A DNA stretch of 64,000 nucleotides from assembly GCA_003486385.1 (NCBI GenBank), contig DNFT01000032.1:22987-86986 (forward strand), read 5' to 3'. Below are positions 10,040-20,347 of this stretch, piece by piece. The translations under genes and the position numbers were made by a program. Under the pieces are notes generated by a model. It did not search any database and was not told the DNA's origin. It was given only the letters and a program-made list of their open reading frames with translations. The DNA comes from Eubacterium sp. Lineage in GTDB: Bacteria; Bacillota; Clostridia; Lachnospirales; Lachnospiraceae. Positions within the stretch are counted from its first letter, which is position 1. Each line of letters opens with the position of its first letter.

Positions 10040-10636
10040 TTACGCCATCTGTTCAAGTACCCATGGCATTACACTTACATTTATATATGACTCAGCCATT
10101 ATTCCTGCCACAATCATCATAGCGGCGAATAAAAAAACGAGGAGAAATGTAACATCAATTCCTTTTGAGGTAACAGTCCTTCTAAGAATTTTGTATAACA
10201 TCATTATAATTCCGGCTGTATAAAATATGAAATGCGGAAACAAAAGAAAAAAACATATCCTGATGCCATTTATTCCATGCTCCATCAGAATTATTGAACT
10301 AATCATTCCCCATGCTGCACCAATATATGCCGGAATAATATACAGAAGCTTCTTGGCGAATGGAGTCATCATTACAAGAAACAATCCTATCATTATCAAA
10401 CCGCGGATGCGCAGCAGATAGCGGAACATTGTAGAATATTTTACAGTTTTCGACATAAAAGCGGTTATATAATCTGCACTCCATACATTCATAGCCTGAA
10501 CCCACGAAAAAGGAATAAGATTGGCAATTATTGACCCAACCATGATTCCAAAGAAAAAAAGAATAACAAGCTTGTCTGCTCCTGCCGGTTCAATTGATTT
10601 TCTCTGCATAAAAAAATCCCACATCCTTTCTGTCAA
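10040..10636 (-). CDS. spoIIM: Polytopic membrane protein, probably stage II sporulation protein M
   Basis: About 200 aa with 5 predicted TM segments. The position between nudix and xerD matches the Bacillus/Clostridium spoIIM locus. Confidence 0.5.
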   Translation of the reverse strand: MTERMWDFFMQRKSIEPAGADKLVILFFFGIMVGSIIANLIPFSWVQAMNVWSADYITAFMSKTVKYSTMFRYLLRIRGLIMIGLFLVMMTPFAKKLLYIIPAYIGAAWGMISSIILMEHGINGIRICFFLLFPHFIFYTAGIIMMLYKILRRTVTSKGIDVTFLLVFLFAAMMIVAGIMAESYINVSVMPWVLEQMA

Positions 10637-10679
10637 CTATGGACAAAACAAGATATGAGACTTTTTCAAGCTTTATTAC

Positions 10680-11216
10680 TTATTTTGCATATTTCAGCTT
10701 ATATGCCATTATAGCAGCCATTGTCTTTCCGTCCTGAAGCTTCCCCGCATAGATCATATCAATCAGTTCATCAACATCATACGCTTCAACCTCAACACAT
10801 TCATCCTCATCGAGATGCTGATGTGTCTTTTTAAGATTTCTGGCAACAAAGACGTCAATTTTTTCATTGCAGAATGCGACTGTTGTCTGTACAGATATGA
10901 GGAACTCAAGGTTGTCAGATCTGTACCCGGTCTCCTCCTCAAGTTCTCTTGACGCACATGTAATATAAGGTTCATCCGTTGTATCTCTTCCGCCTGCCGG
11001 CACCTCTATTGTCATTCTGTCAAGTGCATTCCTATATTGCTTTACCATCAGGACACGCCCATCATCAAGAACCGGCACCACAGCCGCAGCACCCTTGTGT
11101 CCTATAAAATCCCACTCTGCGATATGACCGTTCTGAACCTGAACTGTATCCCTATACATATTGATGACTGTACCCTTGTAGACAAGTTCACGATTAAGAC
11201 GTTTAATAATTTCCAT
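10680..11216 (-). CDS. NUDIX hydrolase (ADP-ribose pyrophosphatase-like)
   Basis: Nudix box GGRDTTDEPYITCASRELEEETGY. Confidence 0.8.
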   Translation of the reverse strand: MEIIKRLNRELVYKGTVINMYRDTVQVQNGHIAEWDFIGHKGAAAVVPVLDDGRVLMVKQYRNALDRMTIEVPAGGRDTTDEPYITCASRELEEETGYRSDNLEFLISVQTTVAFCNEKIDVFVARNLKKTHQHLDEDECVEVEAYDVDELIDMIYAGKLQDGKTMAAIMAYKLKYAK

Positions 11217-11257
11217 AATAATTCCTTTTCACATGAATAGTATATTTTGTAAATATA

Positions 11258-12055
11258 TTACTTTATCCCATTGCATTTGTCAAAGCATGCATCCACAGCC
11301 TTGATAACAGAATTTCTGAAGCCATGCTCCTCAAGTGCTGCGACACCCGCAATAGTTGTTCCTCCGGGTGAGCACACCTTATCCTTTAACATTCCGGGAT
11401 GTTCATTAGTCTCAAGAACCATCCTGCCTGCGCCTACAACAGTCTGCGCAACGAACTCATACGCGGACTGACGTGGCATTCCATGCTTGACACATGCATC
11501 TGCCATGGCTTCAATAAACATATATACATAGGCAGGTGAACTCCCGCTTGCACATGTGACGGCGTTCATAAGTTTTTCATCTACCAGCCTGTATGTACCA
11601 AATGACTTAAAGAAGTTATCTAATACTTCTTTTTCATCAAAGGAAAATTCCATTGCGTCATAAGCTACTCCGGTCATGGCTTCTCCTATAAGTGCGGGCG
11701 TATTCGGCATTGCGCGCACCACACGGACCGGCTTCTCGAACTTTGCCTTGAGTGCATCTATCGAATGGCTGGGTGAAAGTGAGATAATTATATGTTCCTC
11801 CGTCACAACATACATGAGATTCCTGATAACAGCATCATACACCTGTGGTTTTACTGCAAGGATAATGTATTTTGCACTGTTAGCACATTCAGCATTTCCG
11901 GAAGCAGCCCTCACTCCTGTCTCATCGCTTACTGTCACCCTCTTTTTATCCGTAGCACATGAAAAGACAATATCAGCGGGAGAATAAGTTTTTAAAAGGC
12001 CTTTTAACATGGCATATCCCATATTGCCCATTCCGATAAATCCAAATGTACTCAT
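11258..12055 (-). CDS. proC: Pyrroline-5-carboxylate reductase
   Basis: FGFIGMGNMG NAD(P)-binding N-terminus; 265 aa. Confidence 0.9.
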   Translation of the reverse strand: MSTFGFIGMGNMGYAMLKGLLKTYSPADIVFSCATDKKRVTVSDETGVRAASGNAECANSAKYIILAVKPQVYDAVIRNLMYVVTEEHIIISLSPSHSIDALKAKFEKPVRVVRAMPNTPALIGEAMTGVAYDAMEFSFDEKEVLDNFFKSFGTYRLVDEKLMNAVTCASGSSPAYVYMFIEAMADACVKHGMPRQSAYEFVAQTVVGAGRMVLETNEHPGMLKDKVCSPGGTTIAGVAALEEHGFRNSVIKAVDACFDKCNGIK

Positions 12056-12124
12056 CTTCTCATTTTCCTCTCTAAGGTTAAAATTATCATAAACTGAACT
12101 TTCAAAACAAATTTATTTAAGGTT

Positions 12125-13417
12125 CTATCTGTCTAACAGCTTTTCAACACTTACAAGCTTAACACAAAGAGTAAACAAAAGTGCTGCCTTCTTCATCTCG
12201 TCAACAGTCGGGAAAGACGGAGCTATTCTGATATTGGAATCCTCAGGATCTTTTCCATAAGGGAATGTGGCACCAGCTCCCGTAAGCACCATTCCTGCCT
12301 CTTTGCATTTTGCTACTATAGCCTTAGCGCAGCCAGGCATTGCGTCAAATGATATAAAATATCCTCCAAGAGGCTTAGTCCAGGTTCCGATACCAAGACC
12401 TGAAAGCTCATTGTCAAGAATCTCCTCGACTGCCTCGAACTTAGGTCTTAATATTTCAGCCTGCTTCATCATATGCTCCATAATACCCTGCTTGTTCTTA
12501 TAGAACCTTATATGTCTTAACTGATTCAGCTTATCATAACCGATTGTCTGGATTGTCAATGACTTCTTAACTTCCGCAATGTTAGCCTTCGATGTGGCGA
12601 GTGCGGCAATTCCGGCTCCGGCAAAGCTTATCTTGGATGTTGAGGCGAATTCATAAACCATGTCAGGATTACCTGCCTTCTCACATTCAGTAAGTATATC
12701 AAGAATCTGAGGCTGGTTGTCCTCATAAAGATAATGAACAACGTAAGCATTATCCCACATTATCCTGAAATCCTTCGCAGCAGGCTTAAGTGCAGCCATT
12801 CTCCTGACAACCTCATCCGAATACACACATCCACCCGGGTTGGAAAATTTAGGTACGCACCATATACCCTTGATACTCTCATCCTCTGAGACGAGCTTCT
12901 CAACCATATCCATATCAGGACCGTCCTCTTTCATAGGGACGTTAATCATCTCAACTCCAAAATGCTGGGTAATGGCAAAATGTCTGTCATATCCCGGTAC
13001 CGGACACAGGAACTTAACCTTGTCAAGCTTGCACCAAGGTGTGCAGCCACCTGTTCCCTCGAGCATAAATCTGGAAATAGTATCGTACATAATGTTAAGA
13101 CTTGCATTGCCGTAGACAATGACATTCGACGCATCAACACCCATGATATCTGCCATAAAATGTTTTGCCTCCGGTATTCCGTCAAGACCTCCATAATTAC
13201 GGCAATCAACCCCGTCCTCCGATTTATAATCGGATGTACTGCTCACCGCATCTAAAATTCCCATTGCAAGGTCTAACTGAGCCGGTGCCGGCTTTCCTCT
13301 GGACATATCAAGCTTAAGTCCTAAATGCTGTGCCTTGGCATACTCTTCTTCGAGAGCTGCTTTAATTGACTTTAGCTCCTCTTTGCTTAACATTTCGTAC
13401 TTTTCCATATTGCTCAA
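12125..13417 (-). CDS. PLP-dependent aminotransferase, class I/II (aspartate-aminotransferase-like)
   Basis: 430 aa with an MSRGKP N-terminal motif and a lysine-containing SKxxxxAG region typical of fold-type I aminotransferases. Confidence 0.7.
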   Translation of the reverse strand: MSNMEKYEMLSKEELKSIKAALEEEYAKAQHLGLKLDMSRGKPAPAQLDLAMGILDAVSSTSDYKSEDGVDCRNYGGLDGIPEAKHFMADIMGVDASNVIVYGNASLNIMYDTISRFMLEGTGGCTPWCKLDKVKFLCPVPGYDRHFAITQHFGVEMINVPMKEDGPDMDMVEKLVSEDESIKGIWCVPKFSNPGGCVYSDEVVRRMAALKPAAKDFRIMWDNAYVVHYLYEDNQPQILDILTECEKAGNPDMVYEFASTSKISFAGAGIAALATSKANIAEVKKSLTIQTIGYDKLNQLRHIRFYKNKQGIMEHMMKQAEILRPKFEAVEEILDNELSGLGIGTWTKPLGGYFISFDAMPGCAKAIVAKCKEAGMVLTGAGATFPYGKDPEDSNIRIAPSFPTVDEMKKAALLFTLCVKLVSVEKLLDR

Positions 13418-13603
13418 ACCTCCGTTAGTTAACTTTTAAAGAATATATTAGCATTGAATTTCACAAGTTGCAACATATTTTTTAATAAATTGACTTGTTA
13501 AAGTGAAGAACAAAAAAAACAGAACCAATCCCGCTGCTGATCAGCCCTGTTTTCCACTATCTTTATTTTATGTTTTTGAAATCTGCATCCAGGTCATTCT
13601 GTA

Positions 13604-15052
13604 CTAATACCCAAGAAGATTATCGTAGAGCTTCTGGTATTTCTTAGCGGAGCTTGCCCACGAGAAGTCCTTTAACATTCCACGGTCTACAATCTTATTC
13701 CACTCTCTCTTATTATTATAAAAAACATGCTTTGCATAGTTGATTGTATTCATCATCTCATGAGCATTGTAATTGGCAAATGAGAAGCCTGTTCCTGTAC
13801 TCTCATACTCATTATATGGTTCAACCGTATCCTTAAGTCCGCCTGTTTCACGCACAATCGGTACAGTGCCGTAACGAAGCGACATCAGCTGGCTGAGTCC
13901 GCAAGGCTCAAAAAGAGATGGCATAAGGAATGCATCACACGAAGCATATATCTTATGTGACATATCCTCTGAATAATATATGTTAGCAGATACTCTGTCC
14001 GGATATTTCCATGCAAAATGTCTGAACATGTTCTCATACTGTGATTCACCCGTACCTAAGATAACAAGCTGTACGTCCTCGGCACATATCTGATCCATCA
14101 TATATGCAATAAGATCAAGCCCCTTCTGGTCAGTAAGTCTTGATACAATTCCTATCATAAACTTCTTATCATTGACCTCAAGACCAAGCTCCTGCTGAAG
14201 AGCTTTCTTATTCTTCGGCTTCTCTTTGCGGAAAGTCTTCTGGTTATAGTTGGAAACTATTCTGGTATCTGTAGCCGGGTTGAATTCTTCATAGTCGATT
14301 CCGTTTACAATACCAGTCAGGCAATTGGAACGTGCTCTCATAAGTCCATCGAGATGTTCTCCGTAAAATGGTGTCTTTATCTCTTCAGCATAACTGTCGC
14401 TTACCGTGGTAACGGCATCAGCATATACTATACCGCCCTTAAGATAATTGGCATCGCCATATGCCTCAAGCTTATCTGATGTAAAGAAATAAGGCGGAAG
14501 CCCTGTAATGTCCTTAACCTTCTTAAGATCCCAGATTCCCTGAAACTTAAGATTATGTATCGTCATGATGGATTTCATATCACGGAAAAACTCGCCATCA
14601 TGGAAACGTTCCTTCATATAAACAGGAACAAGACCTGTCTGCCAATCATGACAATGGACTATATCAGGCTTAAAACCTAAAAGTGGCATTGCTGAGAGTG
14701 CTGCTTTACTGAAAAAAGCAAACTTTTCTATATCTTCGTGTATATAGCCATAAGGCTTCGGCCCCGCAAAGTAAAATTCATTGTCAATGAAGTAATAGTG
14801 TACTCCCGCATACTCCATCTCCAATACTCCTACATACTGGCTTCTCCATGCCAGATCCATATAAAAATGTGTAACATACTTCATCTGGCTGCGCCATTTT
14901 TCCGGAATGCACAGATACTTTGGCAGCATGACACGCACATCATAGTGTTCCTTATCGAAATACTTCGGAAGAGAACCCGCCACATCAGCAAGGCCACCCG
15001 TCTTGATAAACGGAACTGCTTCTGATGATACAAAAAGCACATTTTTCTTCAT
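13604..15052 (-). CDS. glgA: Glycogen synthase
   Basis: KTGGLADV motif at the N-terminus; 482 aa. Confidence 0.9.
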   Translation of the reverse strand: MKKNVLFVSSEAVPFIKTGGLADVAGSLPKYFDKEHYDVRVMLPKYLCIPEKWRSQMKYVTHFYMDLAWRSQYVGVLEMEYAGVHYYFIDNEFYFAGPKPYGYIHEDIEKFAFFSKAALSAMPLLGFKPDIVHCHDWQTGLVPVYMKERFHDGEFFRDMKSIMTIHNLKFQGIWDLKKVKDITGLPPYFFTSDKLEAYGDANYLKGGIVYADAVTTVSDSYAEEIKTPFYGEHLDGLMRARSNCLTGIVNGIDYEEFNPATDTRIVSNYNQKTFRKEKPKNKKALQQELGLEVNDKKFMIGIVSRLTDQKGLDLIAYMMDQICAEDVQLVILGTGESQYENMFRHFAWKYPDRVSANIYYSEDMSHKIYASCDAFLMPSLFEPCGLSQLMSLRYGTVPIVRETGGLKDTVEPYNEYESTGTGFSFANYNAHEMMNTINYAKHVFYNNKREWNKIVDRGMLKDFSWASSAKKYQKLYDNLLGY

Positions 15053-15167
15053 AGACTCTACCTCACATATTATGTTAGTGAATTTTTTGAAAATTCCAAA
15101 AACCTTGATACATTTTTATAAATTATAACACAAAAAGATTAAAAATGAAAGATTTTTTATTATTAGT

Positions 15168-15968
15168 TTATCTCACCTTGTACTGTAAACGAAGCTTATC
15201 CGCTATAAGTGCAATAAACTCTGAATTGGTTGGCTTACCCTTTCCGTTGCTTACCGTATATCCGAATAATTCTTCTATAGTCTCCATTCTTCCACGCTCC
15301 CATGCAACCTCAATTGCATGTCTGATAGCACGTTCAACCCTGCTGGCGGTTGTATCGTATTTCTTAGCTATCGTCGGATAAAGAACCTTAGTAATGCTGT
15401 TAAGAATATCCGAATCTTCTATAGCCATTATTATTGAATCGCGCAAATACTGGTACCCTTTGATATGAGCCGGGATTCCTACCTCATGAATCATATTGGT
15501 AACATCGGTTTCTATGCTCACCTTCTGGTTTTCATTATTGATATCCGCTGCAAATCTTGTGCTGTTACCGGCTGCAGGATGACGTCCCATATTACTTCTT
15601 ACATACCTTATTCGATTAAGGAGTGTGTTATTGTCAAACGGTTTCATTATGTAATAATTGGCTCCAAGATTGAACGCATCCTCCGTAATTCCCTCCTGGC
15701 CAATAGCTGTTATAATTATAAAAGCCGGCTTCCTCTTTATTCGTGAATCTGAATGTGTTTTTTCCATAACAGTGAGGCCGTCAAGCTTCGGCATAACAAT
15801 ATCAAGCAGAACAACATCCGGTTGCAGTTCACGTACCAAGCTTAGGCATATTTCGCCGTTTTCCGCCTTGCCGACAACCTCCATGTCCTTATCCGTCCTA
15901 ATGATATCTTCCAGAAGCTGCAGCATACGTTCATTGTCATCTGCAATAACAATTCTAAGCTTTCCCAT
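15168..15968 (-). CDS. spo0A: Sporulation master regulator Spo0A
   Basis: REC domain (D..DxxMP) plus the Spo0A-specific C-terminal DNA-binding domain ([15 protein letters not shown]). Start chosen at MGKLRIV. Confidence 0.9.
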   Translation of the reverse strand: MGKLRIVIADDNERMLQLLEDIIRTDKDMEVVGKAENGEICLSLVRELQPDVVLLDIVMPKLDGLTVMEKTHSDSRIKRKPAFIIITAIGQEGITEDAFNLGANYYIMKPFDNNTLLNRIRYVRSNMGRHPAAGNSTRFAADINNENQKVSIETDVTNMIHEVGIPAHIKGYQYLRDSIIMAIEDSDILNSITKVLYPTIAKKYDTTASRVERAIRHAIEVAWERGRMETIEELFGYTVSNGKGKPTNSEFIALIADKLRLQYKVR

Positions 15969-16185
15969 GTTCCCTCTCACATCCCTATATATAATTTTAT
16001 TTTGCCTGTTCTGTATATCTTCCTGAACAAGCCGGCACCGACCGTCAATAAGTTTATCAATGACTTACTTATATCATCCGCCAATAGCCGCATGCTGTCA
16101 ATACAACACTTAGTTAATATTATAATAGTCATATACTGAGAGTTCAACAGCTTTTTTTAGGATTATGTGAAGATTTAATTCTGAT

Positions 16186-16743
16186 TTAGTCGAATTTTGT
16201 CGAAAGTGAAACTTTCTTATAGTCCAGCCCTTCAATATCTTTCCATATAAAGCTTCCATCTTCATATATCATATAGCTATGCGGGCTGTTTTCCTTAGGA
16301 ATTGATACAGAACCCGGATTTATATACCACATGCCATTCTCACAAATACATGCCGGGACATGTGTATGTCCGTGAAGAAGTACATCGCCCTCCTTATGTG
16401 GTGGCAGGTTCCGGAGATTATAGTGATGTCCATGAGTGGCAAAAATAGTTGTATCTCCATCGAAAATCATACTGTATTCCGCCATTATAGGGAAATCAAG
16501 CACCATCTGGTCAACCTCACCATCGCAGTTGCCCCTCACACATAATATATCGTTTTTTATAGGGTTAAGCATTGAAATGACTTTTTTCGGGTCATATTCA
16601 CGCGGAAGGTCATTCCTTGGTCCATGATAAAGAATATCGCCAAGCAGAAGAAGTCTGTCTGCCTGCTCCCTTTTATATGCCTCAACCATTTTTTCACAGT
16701 AATAAGCCGAACCGTGAATGTCCGATGCTATCATAAGCTTCAT
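16186..16743 (-). CDS. YfcE-family metallophosphoesterase
   Basis: DIHG...GDILYHG...GNCD...GHTH calcineurin-like motifs. GGAGG lies 10 nt upstream of the MKLMIAS start. Confidence 0.8.
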   Translation of the reverse strand: MKLMIASDIHGSAYYCEKMVEAYKREQADRLLLLGDILYHGPRNDLPREYDPKKVISMLNPIKNDILCVRGNCDGEVDQMVLDFPIMAEYSMIFDGDTTIFATHGHHYNLRNLPPHKEGDVLLHGHTHVPACICENGMWYINPGSVSIPKENSPHSYMIYEDGSFIWKDIEGLDYKKVSLSTKFD

Positions 16744-16959
16744 AATTATATTTCCTCCATACATCTTATATATCACAATCTGCTATTGCCAATGCTGCCT
16801 GTGTCTTATACACATTATAATTGACATGATTATTATACATCGTTATGGGGAAGCGTCAATTGGAAATTATGCTTTTCTAAACGTATATGTTTTATTTTTT
16901 GTCAATACATTTTTTAAGAAACTAAAAAAGAAGGTATATTACAACCTTCTTAAATGTGC

Positions 16960-17937
16960 TTATTGTTTCTGTTTATATTCATTCAACAACTGCCTTATTT
17001 CATTCGGAAGCAAATCCCTGTCTGAATCATTTATTTTTTGTCGAATAAAGCGTTTTTCATCGTTAGTCCAGCGGAAATCTTTTTTCATATAGGGTAAATA
17101 TATTTTATCTAATGCATCTAACTGTAGCAGGTCATAATGTTTCAAAATATCGTCATTTGTACAATCTTTTATTGCCTGTTCATCAATTGTTCCATCCTTC
17201 AAGGTATATCTATCTTTGAGCCTTTTATAATGCTTATTCTTTTCTAATGCTTTCCATACCTGCCGCCAATATATTTCAAAGAACAGGTCACTATTTTTAT
17301 TTTTTCTCATAATAGAACATGGCAAGACACTCTCCTGATTTTCTATGTAATCATCATCCAGACGAAAGAAAAAGGTGTTTGGATAGTTTACATCGCTTTC
17401 TTTTCCGGAAGCCATAAAACCAATTCCGAAATATCCGTATTTATTATTTTTATCTTTATACCGCTTCCAAAACAGATACTCTATCTTATCTAGCTTCGTG
17501 GAAAAGTTTTTTATCTTTGAGTAATCAAACCTTACTATTTGCCTTGCATGAATTATATCCAAAATCAACTCACTACTAAAATATTGTATTCTCACATTAA
17601 ATAACTCATTGAAATATGCACTATTTTCAAATTCATTCGTATCAATCGCATCATCGCCATCGCTACACATTCTATGGTACAATTCGGTGGCACTCAAACG
17701 TTTTTCACTGTACTCAAATAGAATAGGATTATCGACAAGATGTTGCAAGCCTAACAAATGCGGCAAATCCTGTGGATTAAATGTAAATCTTATAGTGTCT
17801 CCGTTGCTTAATGGTATCTGGATACTTGTCTTTATCAGCTTTTCATAATCGGCAATAATATTTTTTATTATATCCAAAGGCTTCCTCCAAAAAAAATAAA
17901 TGTCTCCCGGCAAAAACCAGAAGACACTTATAGGCAT
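16960..17937 (-). CDS. Hypothetical protein (325 aa) inside an AT-rich island, with no recognisable domain
   Basis: Long ORF flanked by non-coding AT-rich DNA at 16777-16959 and 17938-18220. It is K/D/N-rich, and no catalytic motif could be assigned by eye. Confidence 0.5.
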   Translation of the reverse strand: MPISVFWFLPGDIYFFWRKPLDIIKNIIADYEKLIKTSIQIPLSNGDTIRFTFNPQDLPHLLGLQHLVDNPILFEYSEKRLSATELYHRMCSDGDDAIDTNEFENSAYFNELFNVRIQYFSSELILDIIHARQIVRFDYSKIKNFSTKLDKIEYLFWKRYKDKNNKYGYFGIGFMASGKESDVNYPNTFFFRLDDDYIENQESVLPCSIMRKNKNSDLFFEIYWRQVWKALEKNKHYKRLKDRYTLKDGTIDEQAIKDCTNDDILKHYDLLQLDALDKIYLPYMKKDFRWTNDEKRFIRQKINDSDRDLLPNEIRQLLNEYKQKQ

Positions 17938-18220
17938 TTTTCACTTTTTCCTCCGGAGAGTAAGATACTGTTGGCTCAATGCATAAACCAACGTGAAGAC
18001 CTCCATTTGCATTTGGTATCGCTCACACAAACTTCATCAGTCAAGAGATTCTCTGCCCGTAAGCTAAAAGAATCTTATTTAATATATGCATAATGTATAC
18101 AAATTATTAACTTTATCATACTTTGTCATACCTTATGACACTTTTGATGGTAACATAAACATGTTGATAAGTCAACAGAATTGATATAATTTTCTTATAA
18201 ACTATATAAAATACAACAGT

Positions 18221-18406
18221 TTACCTCTGCCCTATAGCTCCCACCGGGCAGTTATTCATGACGTTCTCAGCATCGGCAGCATCTTCAATCTTTACCTCTT
18301 CATCGACTGCCTTCGCAACACCATCATCCGTCATGTCAAACACAGCCGGACAGATTCCGTTGCACATTCCACAGCCGATACAATTTTCATTTACATAATA
18401 CTTCAT
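18221..18406 (-). CDS. 4Fe-4S ferredoxin
   Basis: CIGCGMCNGICP and CP cluster-ligand motifs; 61 aa. Confidence 0.8.
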   Translation of the reverse strand: MKYYVNENCIGCGMCNGICPAVFDMTDDGVAKAVDEEVKIEDAADAENVMNNCPVGAIGQR

Positions 18407-18431
18407 ACATATACCTCTTTTTATATTTTTA

Positions 18432-19970
18432 TTATCCCAATAACTTCTTTAAATCCTCTTCCGGGGTTGAGATTGGACCTATATTGTAATTATCCACAAG
18501 CACCTTCAACACATTCGGAGAAATGAATGCAGGCAGAGAAGGTCCAAGCAAAATGTTCTTGATTCCAAGGTGAAGCAATGAGAGCAGAATACATACCGCT
18601 TTCTGTTCATACCATGAAAGAACCATGGAAAGAGGAAGCTCATTCACTCCACACTCAAATGCGCCTGCAAGTGCGACCGCAACCTGAATAGCACCATAAG
18701 CGTCATTGCACTGTCCCATGTCTAGGATTCTAGGGAACGGTCCGATTTTTCCAAGGTCAAGGTCATTGAATCTGTATTTGCCACATGCAAGTGTGAGAAT
18801 AATGCTGTCCTGCGGGGTCTGCTTGACAAACTCTGTGTAATAGTTTCTTCCCGGCTTTGCACCATCGCAGCCTGCAACAAGGAAGAAATGCCTGATTGCT
18901 CCCGCCTTCACAGCTTCGACAATCGTGCCTGCATTTTCAAGAACAGTATTTCTTCCAAAACCGGTCATTACTGTCTTTCCGCCATTGATTCCTGTAAACA
19001 CTGTATCCTCAACAAATCCGCCAAGCTCCAGTGCCTTTTCGATGACAGGTGTAAAATCCTTGTCCTCGCCGACATGTATTATTTCAGGATAGGACACCAC
19101 CTCCGTTGTGAAAACGCGGTCTGAATAGCTCGCCTTAGGTGGCATAAGGCAGTTGGTTGTATAAAGGATAGGCGCCGGGAGATTTGCAAATTCCTTCTGC
19201 TGGTTCTGCCATGCAGTTCCGAAATTTCCTTTTAAATGGGAGTATTTCTTAAGCTCCGGATATCCATGTGCCGGAAGCATTTCGCCGTGGGTATATACAT
19301 TGATTCCCTTATCTTTTGTCTGCTCTAAGAGCTGCTTTAAATCATAAAGGTCATGTCCGGTTATCACAATAAACGGACCTTTTTCAACGGTAAGTGTAAC
19401 CTCTGTCGGCACGGGATTTCCGTAAGTCTTAGTATTAGCTTCATCAAGAAGTTCCATACATGTGAGGTTAATCTCGCCTACCTTGAGGACAAGTGAAAGC
19501 AGTTCATCCATACTCATATCCGAACCGACTGCGCGCAATGCCTCATAGAAGAATGCGTTCACTGTCGCATTCTCATAGCCTAAGACCTGAGCATGGTATG
19601 CGTAAGCCGCGATACCTCTTATTCCAAAAAGAATGAGAGATTTTAATGACCTGATATCTTCATCCGCATGCCATACCCTGTTCATGTCATAGTCCGCGTT
19701 ATTTCCTGAGGCCTCATGCACCTCATTAATCAGCTTCGTTATTGTTTCCTCATTGAAATTTACATTGGTGATAGTTGTAAAAAGGGACTTGATGATAAGA
19801 GCATCATTTGCTTTATTCATCTCGTTTTTCTCTGCAAGTCTTATGACTGCGCCGGTAAGCTTATCCTGAAGATTCGCAATCACTGGTGTCTTTCCGCACA
19901 CACCGCTCCTTGTACAGCCTGTACATCCGGCTGTCTGTTCACACTGAAAACAAAACATATTGTTATCCAT
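18432..19970 (-). CDS. hcp: Hydroxylamine reductase / hybrid-cluster protein
   Basis: N-terminal CFQCEQT...CTGC cysteine motif; 512 aa. AAGGAG RBS upstream. Confidence 0.9.
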   Translation of the reverse strand: MDNNMFCFQCEQTAGCTGCTRSGVCGKTPVIANLQDKLTGAVIRLAEKNEMNKANDALIIKSLFTTITNVNFNEETITKLINEVHEASGNNADYDMNRVWHADEDIRSLKSLILFGIRGIAAYAYHAQVLGYENATVNAFFYEALRAVGSDMSMDELLSLVLKVGEINLTCMELLDEANTKTYGNPVPTEVTLTVEKGPFIVITGHDLYDLKQLLEQTKDKGINVYTHGEMLPAHGYPELKKYSHLKGNFGTAWQNQQKEFANLPAPILYTTNCLMPPKASYSDRVFTTEVVSYPEIIHVGEDKDFTPVIEKALELGGFVEDTVFTGINGGKTVMTGFGRNTVLENAGTIVEAVKAGAIRHFFLVAGCDGAKPGRNYYTEFVKQTPQDSIILTLACGKYRFNDLDLGKIGPFPRILDMGQCNDAYGAIQVAVALAGAFECGVNELPLSMVLSWYEQKAVCILLSLLHLGIKNILLGPSLPAFISPNVLKVLVDNYNIGPISTPEEDLKKLLG

Positions 19971-20109
19971 TATTAAAACTCCTTATTAATATTTTATTTT
20001 GGAACATCCGTCCCCTGTAGTAATTTCCTCTTTCTGTGTAAAATGCTGCCTTGTGGTTTCCTTTCTTTTTTATTACAAATGCATTTTATCGTTTACAGCT
20101 CAAAAATTC

Positions 20110-20125
20110 TGTTGCCATGGCAACA
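20110..20125. promoter_or_regulatory. Perfect 16-bp palindrome TGTTGCCATGGCAACA in the hcp/hcpR divergent intergenic region; candidate Crp/Fnr-family (HcpR-like) operator
   Basis: Palindrome read from the sequence, about 150 nt upstream of the hcp start. Confidence 0.35.
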
Positions 20126-20347
20126 ATTTTAATAGTATAATTTTAATCAAAAATACAATCATCATATATTAAACAGGTGCGAATATGGCGGTAAGTTGTC
20201 TATGCACGCGTTGACAATATAAAAAACAAATCTTCACCATTTTGAAGTGATATCCAATCTGCCATATAGAGGATAATTATTGTAATAAACAGCTGGTGAA
20301 TATTTCTTTTGCGAATATCTGAATTATCGTATTTACGGAGGAGCGTT

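Noticed and set aside
13500-13603. 10-nt palindrome GCTGATCAGC and a T-run downstream of glgA as a terminator
   Set aside because: The stem is too short and the surrounding pairing is ambiguous, so I could not define a convincing hairpin by eye. Left unannotated.
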